A stretch of 64,000 bases of DNA. Origin: Macrostomum hystrix. Lineage: Eukaryota > Animalia > Platyhelminthes. Every line of letters begins with the position of its first letter. Within the stretch, counting starts at the first letter, position 1. Made by a program: the position numbers and the translations under genes. The notes under the pieces were generated by a model that was not told where the DNA came from, made no database searches, and saw only the letters and a list, made by a program, of their open reading frames with translations. The stretch covers positions 11,346,001 through 11,410,000 of the forward strand of contig CATNEN010000001.1 in NCBI GenBank assembly GCA_950097015.1. The letters are read 5' to 3'. This document shows positions 52,695 to 64,000 of this stretch, piece after piece.

Positions 52695-52862
52695 TCTGTC
52701 TATCAGGTGACGGTCTCTGTCTAACAGGTGACAGTCTCTGTCTTACAGGTGACAGTCTCTGTCTAACAGGTGACAGTCTTTGTCTAACAGGTGACAGTCT
52801 CTGTCTTACAGGTGACAGTCTCTGTCTTACAGGTGACAGTCTCTGTCTTACAGGTGACAGTC
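52695..52862. repeat. 21-bp satellite (reverse complement of the 32.3-33.4 kb unit)
   Basis: acaggtgacagtctctgtcta units. Confidence 0.9.
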
Positions 52863-52959
52863 TGAGGATCCGAGGACGGCTCCTCAATGAGAACTGCTCA
52901 GACTGAGGGTCTGGCCCTGCTCGGCAACTGGGCGGCCTCGCTAAAGGGACAGGTGGCAG

Positions 52960-53250
52960 AGGGGCGAGGGTGAGAGGACAGAGAAGAGAGTGAGAGAACG
53001 GGGAAGAGGGTGAGAGGACAGGGAAGAGGGTGAGAGGACGAGGAAGAGGGTGAGAGAACGGGGAAGAGGGTGAGAGGACAGGGAAGAGGGTGAGATGACA
53101 GTGAAGAGGGTGAGAGGACGGGGAAGAGGGTCAGAGGACAGGGAAGAGGGTTAGAGGACAGGGAAGAGGGTGAGAGGGCGGGGAAGAGGATGAGAGGACG
53201 GGGAAGAGGGTGAGAGGACAGGGAAGAGGGTGAGATGACAGGGAAGAGGG
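52960..53250. repeat. ~20-bp purine-rich repeat (gggaagagggtgagaggaca)
   Basis: Tandem copies after a duplicated piece (52888-52955) of the 41.92-41.99 kb exon end. Confidence 0.85.
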
Positions 53251-53277
53251 TTGGACTCGTGAGGGTTAGATTCCACC

Positions 53278-53530
53278 TATTTAGCTGACTCCTGAGCACT
53301 CGCAGTCAGTTACCGTTTGCAGTAAGACACCTAAAACATGTGTGTACATCTGCACTGGCTTATTCACTGTCAGGCAGTGTACACTCTCACTATGCCTTGG
53401 CTTTTTGGAACTCGAGTTGCACGACAAGCCCTTAATACTTCTCTCCGTGACTGCAGGCAGAATCAAGTTTGCCGCGGATTCGAGCTCAATACCACGGTGC
53501 GAGAGTCGGGATGTTGTCAGAGGCTGATCA
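53278..53530 (-). mobile_element. Diverged copy of the 47189 SINE family
   Basis: Reverse complement shares ctctcgcacc, ccaaggca.agtgagagtgta, gcagatgtacaca and gtgctcaggagtcagc. Confidence 0.65.
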
Positions 53531-54681
53531 GCACACCGATTCCATGTAGATGGCATGAACTTTAGAAGGAAACTCAGGTGCCAAGCGCTTTGATTGGCTG
53601 GCAGTGCAGTGTATTTGATATCGATTTAAATTCGGGTGAATGGCAGTTTCTAATACACACATTTCAGAGACAAGGTCGAATTAGAAGACCGAACGACAGC
53701 AAAAGTGCAGGTAAAATTGATTTACTTATTGGCTTAAATAAGAAAAGCAGCAAACAGAATGACTTCTGAATGAGTGACAGTTGACATCATCAATTAACTT
53801 CAGGTAGAGATTGAGAATTCAGCACTTTTAGCCAAAGAAAAAATAGTCCTACGAAGTACTTCGGTGCCAGGTGCAACCAACATGAAAATTGACTTGCTTG
53901 AGTTACTACTGGAATATTTGAGTAGGACTTTATGGAAAATGGAAATACAAATGTTATATTTGGTTACTGTATGCATATCATATAGTCAAGGCTGTTTTCA
54001 CATGAGCAATCAAAATCACAGATAATTGATTTTCAGATAAATAGCGAAGTATCGAAATAAAATTTCTGACTTTATTTCTAAAATTCGCGTCAGAAATAAA
54101 GTCATGCAGCACAGCAACAACTCTCAGCAACCGGCCAGCATGCACTCTGAAGCTTAACTGCAAAACAAAGGGAGATAGCAGTAGGAGTACATCGATACAT
54201 ATGCAGTGATAAATTGACTGATTACTTATTCAGTCAACTAAACTCAATAAACTCAACAGTCAGCATATGAAATGAGGACTGCACTGACTCACAATGTCCT
54301 GTATTATTGGCAGCGTTCGGAACCTTCATTAACGTTTGATAACTTCCGTTAATTATTTTAGCCTCTTTCCAATATCTTCCGATAAATGAAAAAACTTCCG
54401 TTAAATTTTGTAGGCCTAGTCTTGCTGCTGCTGCTCGTGCGAGGGGCTGTAGCCTGCGTTACCTCATTCAAATGAAAAAACTGACTAACGGTAAAGGTGC
54501 AGAACGATATTAATTCTGCTTCGATTAAGTGTTATGAGGCACAGATTTACAGAAGTTTCAGTTTTAAGGGGATTCAACAAGAAAAAACGAACAGCTCTGA
54601 ATGCTCAGATATTCAGCTTCACACAAAGCAAAAACTTCCGCAGCTACTTTCTGTCTCCATGGCAACGGGTTAATGTTTCTT

Positions 54682-57600
54682 TCAAGGCTCCGGCAGCGAC
54701 TTCGCAAACCGCTGCAGCTTTGATTGGACCCAGCCGTCTCTCTGCAGCGCTACCGTTTCCATGGCAACAAGTCGACCGAAGTCAGCTCTGACTGGATGCA
54801 GCCGCGCTCTCACCCACAGCCTCTGCTCCTCATCCTCCGAGCTCGAGTGACCGACGCTGCAGCTGCGAGTGGAAATTCGCCACCGCTTCTCCCTGACCCA
54901 GCGGATCTTCTCCTCATCCTGCGTCTCCATGGCGACGCGTCTCTCGTCCCTGACGGTCTCCATCTGTTGCAGGCTGAACTCCACGTGCTCAGCTTGGTCG
55001 CTGTAGTGAGCCAGAGTGAGCAGCTCCTCCAAGTCCGGGTCCTCTTGCAGCTCTAAGAGCCACGCATCGAAGTCGATTGCTGTGCGATTGCGGAGCAGCT
55101 CAGCTTGGAGACTCCAGCTCAGGCAGCGGAAGTTCACGTACAGGTGCTCAGAGCGAGGCTGTGACAGTCTGGCTGTGAGCAGAGTCTGCGTGAACTCGGG
55201 AAGGAATGGGAATCGAGGCGGAGTGTCTGCTGGGAGGCAGAACTTCCACGCCCAGTCCGAGCCTGATGGCAGCTTTGCTCCGATATCAACAGGCCTCATT
55301 CCACTCTGAACTCTGTGACTCTGGAGCTCCATCGCGAGTCTCTCAGCCTCCTCGGAGTCTCCGAACTTCAAATGCGCCATGGCGGTCATGCACAGGGCGG
55401 CGCACTTGCACCACCGCAGCTGATGCAGGAGACTGAGCTGCCTCATCAGGGTGTCTCTGTCTGCAGACTCTGACTGCAGCTCGCGAACACAATGGTGCAC
55501 CACACTGTACACGTCTGCTGACATCTTATAACTAGCACCTTCCCTTATCTGAGTGACAGCAGGCGGCGCTGTCAGTGGCAGCAGAGTGAACGGGTGAAAG
55601 TAGAAGTTCTCTGACTGCAGACGTCTCACGAGTCTCCTCATCTGCTCAACCACTCCGCCGATGTCGCTTTTCAGCTCTCTCAGTCGGTCTCGTACCCTCG
55701 TCTTCGTGTTGTCGAAGTCGCCGCCGATTCCAGCGTTCTTGAAGTAGAGCGGAGCGCCGGGCATGAAGAAGTGCGGCATGCACTCATCGGGTGAGCTGCT
55801 TAAGTCGATGAAGCTCAGCATCATGTCGAGAGACTCCTTCAGCCGTGAGATCAGATTCTGAGGCTGCCAAGCTTGCCAAGGATTCGGGTCTGTGCCATGC
55901 TTCTCCAGCATGAAGAAGAGCAGAGTCTTTGCATGGTAGGTCTTGAGTCCAGGAGTGTCCAGAGTGAGTGGCAAGTGTCTCTTGAAAATGAACTTGATGA
56001 CTGAGAACAGCTGTCCCTGGACTGTGCTCAGCCGTCTCATGGCGTGTTTCTCTTGGAAGCTGAAGCTCACTCTGAGCTCATTGGTCTCATTCGGTCTGGT
56101 CGCCCTCACGAGGTGAACAGTTAGGACATTTTCCACCCCGTAGCTGTATCGAATCAGCTTTCTGATTCTGTCCTCACAGAAGCCACTGCAGCACTGGATC
56201 GCATGGCACGTGTCCTGAGCAGGCCGCACACCGCATGCCTTGGCTGAGACGGCAGGTTGGCTGCCTGCAGTGAGTGGTGACCAGTGGAGCAGATTTTTGC
56301 GAAAATTTATCGATAAGAAATTGGCAGTTATGTTTAATATCAAGAAATTATAATTATTTCGCTCATCATAGCTCAAAACTATAATTTAGCTGACTTTGAA
56401 ATTCTCAACTTTGAAATCGACAGCGACATACGAAAAGTCAAAATGAAATCCTAAATACTAAAGTATTTATTACTTAACGAAGCAGCATGTTCTGGATGTG
56501 ATCATTCGATTCCCAAGTTAAGGCATCCCATCACTCAAACTGTACGTCACAAGGTAGTAGAAAAATGTGCACTGAAATGTGAACCAGCGGGAAATAATTA
56601 TAAAAAGGATAAATTTAACAGTGAAATACTAACACACGCTCGTAAAAAGATAAAAAAAAATAATTAAAAAAAAGAATATCCGGTGTGACTCACCCGACCC
56701 CACTGCCACCTGAGCGTGACCCTCCATGACCCGCAGCTTCGTGGCAGCTTCACAGTCTTTCCAAAGCTCATTCGTTCCATCGCAACCGCCCTCCAGATGC
56801 AGCAGTTGCCCTTGAACCGGCACAGTCCAGTCAATGTCTGAGTCAGCCGCTGTCCTGCCGTTCACTTGCACCAGACTGTTGGCCCAGCCCTCTGCGTAGC
56901 TGCCTGTCATCTGCATCTGCGAGTTCTGAGTGAGGACTCGAGCGACTCCTTCCAGCAAGTCAGCCATTCTCTGCTGACACATTGCTCTCTCCCGAGTGAA
57001 TCCCGCCTCGCTGAGCAGTCGGTGCAGTTCCTCACTGAGCTGCCAGTCCCGCTGTGAGTCGTCGCTGAGCCTGGAATGATGGGGAATTCAGTCAGCTGAT
57101 GGGTTGTACACCTGCACAGACTGGCATCTCAAGCTGATCAGCTGAGGCGAATTTCCAATCAGAATCAGAAACTCACTCAGCGAGAGCCGAGTCGGTGCGG
57201 AGTCCAGCTGCCTTTTTCTTTTTTCTGCTGCTGGAAAAGGGCGCAGGTTTAGATTAGTTTTACCCGAAACGGTCTGCACGAGTACACCAAGGGCAAAAAG
57301 CGGGTTAAAATTTAGAATATAAAAACGGACTTACTTCGAAGTTCTGTTCTCCAGCAGCCGCAGCACCTGCTGATGTCCCAGCTGCTCCGCTACCTGCGCG
57401 CACTTCTGGCCCCGACTGTCCCGATGACTCGCATCCGCTCCTCTGTCCATCAGCGTCTTGGCTGCTCGCACGTGACCCGCCTCACAAGCTCGCGACAGAG
57501 CTGTCCGACCCTGACTGTCTTCAGCTCGCACTGACGCACCGAGATCCACCAGCCTCTCAATGAGCTCGTGATGACCTGCATCAGCTGCCAGCATGAGAGC

Positions 57601-59484
57601 AGTGGCTCCTGTGCTGTCGTCTGGCAGATCGACATGTTCTCTGCTGAATCGCTTGTCATGGAGGAGTGTGAGAGCCAGTGCGACATGGCCATGGGAGATG
57701 GAGACACAGAGCAGCTGTGTGATCTGAGCTGGCTGCATTCGAGACAGAGTCTGGCTGAGAACATCGTTCCTGCCCTCAATGGCCATCGAGGCGGTGAAGT
57801 TGAGGACTTGGATGGACTGGAAGAGCCACTCGGGCTGAATTCCAAGTTCCTTGACGACATTTTCACGGAGATGAGAGCAAGCCGCGACTGCACAGACATA
57901 GCGAAAATCTTGGTCAGCATCTGTCCCCAACAAAAATTTGACCAGCACTTCCAACTGATCATTGTTTGCAGCAGATTTCGCAGCCTCCTTGCAGCACTGA
58001 TCTCTCAGTGGTTGGTCAGCAATTGTCGGCACCAAAAATTTGACCACTTCCCACTGACCCTCACTTGCAGCAGATTCCGCAGCCTCCTTGCAGCACTGAT
58101 CTCTCAGTGTTTGATCAGCAATTGTCGGCACCAAAAATTTAACAACTTCCAACTGACCATTGATTGCAGCCAATTTCGCAGAGTCCTTGCAGCACTGATC
58201 TTTCAGTTTTTGGTCAGCAATTGTCGGCAACAAATATTTGACCACTTCCCACTGACCATCGATTGCAGCCAATTTCGCAGTCTCCTTGCAGCACTGATCT
58301 TTCAGTTTTTGGTCAGCAATTGTCGGCACCAAAAATTTGACCACTTCCCACTGACCCCTGATTGCTGCAGATTCCGCAGCCTCCTTGCAGCACTGATCTC
58401 TCAGAGTTTGGTCAGCAATTGTCGGCACCAAAAATTTGACCACTTCCCACTGACCATCGATTGCAGCCAATTTCGCAGTCTCCTTGCAGCACTGATCTTT
58501 CAGTTTTTGGTCAGCAATTGTCGGCACCAAAAATTTGACCACTTCCCACTGACCCCTGATTGCTGCAGATTCCGCAGCCTCCTTGCAGCACTGATCTCTC
58601 AGAGTTTGGTCAGCAATTGTCGGCACCAAAAATTTGACCACTTCTAACTGACCCTTCCATGCTGCAGATTCCGCAGCCTCCTTGCAGCACTGATCTCTCA
58701 GTGTTTGGTCAGCAATTGTCGGCACCAAAAATTTGACCACTTCCAACCGACCATTTCTTGCAGCAGATTCCGCAGCCTCCTTGCAGCACTGATCTCTCAG
58801 TGTTTGGTCAGCAATTGTCGGCACCAAAAATTTGACCACTTCCCACTGACCATTGATTGCAACAGATTTCGCAGCCTCCTTGCAGCACTGATCTCTCATT
58901 TTTTCGTCAGCGATTGTCGGCACCAAAAATTTGACCACTTCCAACCGACCATTTCTTGCAGCAGATTCCGCAGCCTCCTTGCAGCACTGATCTCTCAGTG
59001 TTTGGTCAGCAATTGTCGGCACCAAAAATTTGACCACTTCCCACTGACCATTGATTGCAACAGATTTCGCAGCCTCCTTGCAGCACTGATCTCTCATTTT
59101 TTCGTCAGCGATTGTCGGCACCAAAAATTTGACCACTTCCAACCGACCATTTCTTGCAGCAGATTTCGCAGCCTCCTTGCAGCACTGATCTCTCAGTTTT
59201 TCATCAGCAATTGTCGGCACCAAAAATTTGACCACTTCTAACTGACCCTTCCATGCAGCAGATTCCGCAGCCTCCTTGCAGCACTGATCTCTCAGTGATT
59301 GGTCCGCAACTGTCTGCACCAGAAGTTTCACAATTTCCCACTGACTGTGATTCGCAGCAAGACGCCAACGCTTTACACACAGTCGATTCCTTCTGGAGCT
59401 GCTTTTGATTGATCTTAAGTGATTTCGAACTTCGGTTTCCAGCCCCTCTGCTACAGCTCGCTCAAAGCTAATTTTCTGACCCAT
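54682..59484 (-). CDS. Ankyrin-repeat + Mab21/cGAS-like receptor (cGLR) nucleotidyltransferase, copy B (intact, 14 variable repeats, ~1369 aa); exons 59484..57335, 57070..56694, 56264..54682
   Basis: Same introns as copy A (phase 2, phase 1), 4110 nt in frame. N-cap + 14 x 33-aa repeats + canonical ANKs + NTase (GSYAEG...DSDID; QDTCHAI) + Mab21 C-lobe (LKTYHAKT, MPHFFMP) + helical/TPR-like tail (AHLKFGDSEEAERL). Confidence 0.9.
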
Positions 59485-59798
59485 TTGTATGTTGCTTGGA
59501 GTTTTTGGAAACCTTCTTGACTTTCTTGATCTCTGAAAGTTTGATAAAAAAAACTAATTAAAAAGGTCATAAAAATTATCATGTCTTCGCATGCCCTAAA
59601 GCGCATAAATTTTGTCTTTCTAAGAGTTTCAATTGGTTGGGGCTGGGAATTACATAACAAATTTTTTCTTTACCTCGAGAAAAACTAAACACAACCATTA
59701 AGTTCTTTTGTGGCGCACTTTCCCGCCGTGAATATATGGCAAATGAGAAGTGCAGTACGAATATTCTGCCCACATGTACTTAAATTCTGGGAATTTCT

Positions 59799-59918
59799 AG
59801 CTGTGGATGGGATCAGCTGTGGATGGGATCAGCTGTGGATGGGATCAGCTGTGGATGGGATCAGCTGTGGATGGGATCAGCTGTGGATGGGATCTGCTGT
59901 GGATGGGATCCGCTGTGG
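59799..59918. repeat. 16-bp minisatellite (agctgtggatgggatc)
   Basis: ~7 tandem copies. Confidence 0.9.
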
Positions 59919-60719
59919 ACCCCTGAGGGAGCTTGGCAACCAAATTAACACTGAGGCTGGATGCATGAGACCAGAGACGAAAACGGGCATGAAAATTTAC
60001 TCAATTAGAAGGACATGCCGATCCACATAAATTCCACCAATATACGAGTATTTATTGACCCTCCCCCAGGTTGAGCTTGTCTTGCATGGCAACCAATTCA
60101 ACTGACACTGATTCGTGTACACCTAGCAGGCTGCAATCCCTGAATTCCATTGTCAAAATCTATCACAAATAGTTGAGTTACTGACAAACTCCCCGCCTGG
60201 AGAGGGTGGGAAGTCACCAATATTATCAGAGCTTGTGATTCGCAGTGACTCACGGCTCCCCAGCAGCTCACGGGCAGCGGCACGAAGCCGGCAGTCGCCT
60301 CACGGTTAATGGAAGAAGCAGGTGATGCGGTCCGCTGAAAATGATGTTGAAAACAGGGAGTGAAATTTGAAGTGGATAAGTTGTGCAGTGGATCAAGTGG
60401 ATATTTGATCAACACAACTTGGATTTAATGGATTATAAAACGACAATAAAGTACTTTTATTCATAATTGACTCAACTGATTGAAATAAAAATATCGAAGA
60501 TTAGCTGGAGGTGGGATCAATACAGAGCCCCATCCTATGCCCATTCCAGCTAACCCACAATTTATCGATTCCGTCGCTGGAGTTGTTGATGTGAGAGGAG
60601 GGCCCGGGACAAGACAAAGCTGGGATAAAATCTGAGCAAAGTGACTCACCAGCTCACCAGCAGCTCACGGGGGGCGGCACTGAGTTTTTAATCGTCTAGC
60701 AGATGCTCGGAGAAGCTTT

Positions 60720-60945
60720 CAGAAGTGCTCAAGCTGTCAGGAGTGCTCAAGCTGTCAGAAGTGCTCAAGCTGTCAGGAGTGCTCAAGCTGTCAGAAGTGC
60801 TCAAGCTGTCAGGAGTGCTCAAGCTGTCAGGAGTGCTCAAGCTGTCAGAAGTGCTCAAGCTGTCAGGAGTGCTCAAGCTGTCAGGAGTGCTCAAGCTGTC
60901 AGGAGTGCTCAAGCTGTCAGGAGTGCTCAAGCTGTCAGTGCTCAA
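60720..60945. repeat. 18-bp minisatellite (gagtgctcaagctgtcag)
   Basis: ~12 tandem copies. Confidence 0.93.
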
Positions 60946-62837
60946 AGAAGTTACGTTTGGCTTTTCTAAGAATTTGCAGCTCAGCCATGAGTTTTTAGAG
61001 CCAGTTGTGGGTGGGGCATTTTGAAGCCTTGGTCCTGCTGAGTACAGTTGCCCGAAGCAACCAGACAACATTTCAAACTAAGATATGCACTCTCTAACAG
61101 AGTACTCGAGAAGAGCTCAGCAGAGAAGATGCATCTGTACTCAGAGATGAAGCACTCCCCCTTCCTCCGGTGGGGTGATATGAGAATGAGCATAAGAATG
61201 AGCACACCGCCTCCCGTACTTCAACCTCAGGTGAAAATTTCTCCGGTGAAAATAAGCAGAATTGAAGAAGTTGGAAATGCGGACAGCATAGCAACTCATA
61301 GCTTGAGCTGATTGTGCCAAGGTGGGCAGAGGTTGAGCGCCTTTGTTTGCGTCTCCGTCTCCCTCTGTCTCTCAGCAGCAACAATGTACACTGTCAAGAT
61401 GGAGCGATCACAATGCAAGGAATCCACCGGCTGCACAGCATTGTCGATGGAAAGAATCAGGCCTGGCCCTGCCTCCTCATTTATTGTAGCAGTTAGCAGA
61501 CCTTCTTACAGGTATTATCTAAGCAAGAACATGATCAGCCGTGTGGAACAAAGCAACAGCTTTATGGTCCTGTTAATCTTCTCATTAAACTGGATTCCAG
61601 GATGCTGAGGGACTCAACCACAAACTGTCTTTATGGCTTGCAGATTTTAGTAGTAAATAATAAGTAGAATTTCAAAGCCATTATCATGAGATATTGAGCA
61701 GGCGTCTATTTTGTTAATCCAGGTGCTTTGGAATCAACTGAATAAATCAGGGTGATGACCTACCAAACAACTAATATTAATCAAGCATATGTTACAGTTC
61801 TCCCAGACAGTCTGACACTTCGCAGGCAAAGCACCACTCGATTCGATTCGCTAAGAATAATATTTACCTCGGTCTTGTTGCTTACTGTTCAATATCGGAG
61901 TAAGTGGCTTGTGCTCCGATATAATTTGAAACCATGGCAACCCTTCCAGGAACAAGCGACACCTGTGTGTGGACCAGACAATCGCAAGCAACTCAGGCTC
62001 AATCATGGCGTAGGTATTGATTTTGGACTCGGTAGGAAGGATAGAACGAAGGAATCACTCGAGCAGAGAGGAAGAGCTTCCCAACCTGGAAAAAAGAGAC
62101 AGGAACGAGAAAAAAGACAAGAAGCCGCAGAAACTAGAGACCAGAGGTCAGCGACTGGGTCGCAGAGCGCCCACCTGAAAAATTAGAAATAATTAAAAAA
62201 TCATTACTGAATTCCTTTGTGCTGCATTCGCATAACGAATTGGGTCAAAAATGACAAGTTTGTTCGTGCAAGTTGTAAAACCTGCGAAATTAAATATTTG
62301 TATGTTTTTGAGATGAATATTGGCTTGACTGCATATCTCGAAAGCTGCTTTTTACATTCTTCCGTCCGATTCTTGATGATCTTCTTTGCCCTGCTGTCAA
62401 AGCACAGAGAACTGCATCTGCACTTTTATTCAACTGAGTGTCATTCACAAACTGGTTCACTGTGATCATCTGGCTCACCAAAGCCTCAGGTAAATCCTAC
62501 CAATTGTAGTTAGCATTGTATCCCAGAAAAAGGACTCAGGACAAACAGAAAACATTCAACTGATGGATCACATTCAACTAATAGGCAATAGAGAAGCAGT
62601 GGGGCCTAGTTTCCATGGTTACCCGACCGAAACAAAATCTAATAGGCTTTTGATAAAGTACTTTTTATTCGAATTTCAAGCCGCTAGGAAGTGGAGCTTC
62701 CAGTTCGTCATTTTTATAGAAAAAAGACTCACTCAGTAGAGCTTTGAAGGTTGTGAGCACAGAAGCCAGAGCACATGAGACGATACGCAATTTTCTCGTG
62801 ACCATAACTTTAACATTTACCAGTATATCTAAGCTTT

Positions 62838-63827
62838 GACGAGGGAAATGGGAGAGAGGACGAGGGAGATGGGAGAGAAGACGAGGGAGATGGGAGAGAG
62901 GACGAGGGAGATGGGAGAGAAGACGAGGGAGATGGGAGAGAGGACGAGGGAGATGGGAGAGAGAACGAGGGAGATAGGAGAGAGGACGAGGGAGATGGGA
63001 GAGAGGACGAGGGAAATAGGAGAGAAAACGAGGGAGATGGGAGAGGACGAGGGAGATGGGAGAGTGGACGAGGGAGATGGGAGAGAGGACGAGGGAGATA
63101 GGAGAGAGGACGAGGGAGATGGGAGAGAGGACGAGGGAAATGGGAGAGAAGACGATGGAGATGGGAGAGAAGACGAGGGAGATGGGAGAGAGGACGAGGG
63201 AGATGGGAGAGAGGACGAGGGAGATGGGAGAGAGGACGAGCAAGATGGGAGAGAGGACGAGGGAGATGGGAGAGAGGACGAGCAAGATGGGAGAGAGGAC
63301 GAGCAAGATGGGAAAGAGGACGAGGGAGATGGGAGAGAAGACGAGGGAGATGGTAGAGAGGACGAGGGAGATGGGAGAGTGGACGAGGGAGAAGGGAGAG
63401 AGGACGAGGGAGACGGGAGAGAGGACGAGGGAGATGGTAGAGAGGACGAAGAAGATGGGAGAGAAGACGAGGGAAATGGGAGAGAAAACGAAGGAGATGG
63501 GAGAGGACGAGGGAGATGGGAGAGAGGACGAGGGAGATGGGAGAGAGGACGAGGGAGATGGGAGAGAGGACGAAGAAGATGGGAGAGAGGACGAGGGAGA
63601 TGGGAGAGAGGACGATGGAGATGGGAGAGAAGACGAGCAAGATGGGAGAGAGGACGAGGGAGATGGGAGAGAAGACGAGGGAAATGGGAGAGAAGACGAG
63701 GGAAATGGGAGAGAGGACGATGGAGATGGGAGAGAAGACGAGGGAGATGGGAGAGAAGACGAGGGAGATGGGAGAGAGGACGAGGGAGATGGGAGAGAGG
63801 ACGAGGGAAATGGGAGAGAAGACGAGA
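62838..63827. repeat. 21-bp purine-rich satellite (gacgagggagatgggagagag)
   Basis: ~47 tandem copies, with nearly all purines on one strand. Confidence 0.95.
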
Positions 63828-63830
63828 ATA

Positions 63831-64000
63831 CCCACACTGCACTGACCCACACTGCACTGACTCACACTGCACTGACCCACACCGCACTGACTCACACTGC
63901 ACTGACTCACACTGCACTGACCCACACTGCACTGACCCACACTGCACTGACCCACACTGCACTGACCCACACTGCACTGACCCACACTGCACTGACCCAC
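63831..64000. repeat. 15-bp satellite (cactgcactgaccca), running off the window end
   Basis: Same unit as the arrays at 17.7 kb and 50 kb. Confidence 0.95.

Noticed and set aside
57901-59289. True TALE homology of the 33-aa repeats
   Set aside because: The sequence matches the ankyrin AAxxG..EVVKFL pattern, not the TALE LTPxQVVAIAS consensus; the resemblance is an analogy only.
60098-62500. Short ORFs and splice-like signals upstream of cGLR copy B
   Set aside because: No recognisable domain or consistent exon chain; they may be UTR exons but this is unsupported.

Overview
Eukaryotic (metazoan) intron-containing genomic DNA, very rich in 10-50 bp minisatellites. The style resembles a flatworm such as Macrostomum (inference only). 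The left end holds co-oriented genes: the SEC16 C-terminus, XRCC1, and GALK1 (with a dead mariner in intron 1). The standout is a family of ankyrin-array + cGAS-like (Mab21/cGLR) nucleotidyltransferase genes. Copy A (+, 13163-16692) has 5 repeats and is 3'-truncated. Copy B (-, 59484-54682) is intact with 14 repeats, about 1369 aa. A frameshifted remnant lies at about 51.3-51.5 kb. Their N-terminal 33-aa ankyrin-like repeats are near-identical except for a hypervariable di-residue just before the conserved Gly. This suggests a reshuffling, variable sensor fused to a nucleotide second-messenger enzyme. Between the copies lie a secreted PAN/Apple + ALK/LTK-type glycine-rich protein gene, a spectrin-repeat-like gene, a calmodulin-like gene, an RTE LINE fragment, a Tc1/IS630-like fragment, SINEs, a foldback element and nested inverted segmental duplications. 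Exon structures were assigned by hand from GT/AG sites and frame continuity; no database search was run.
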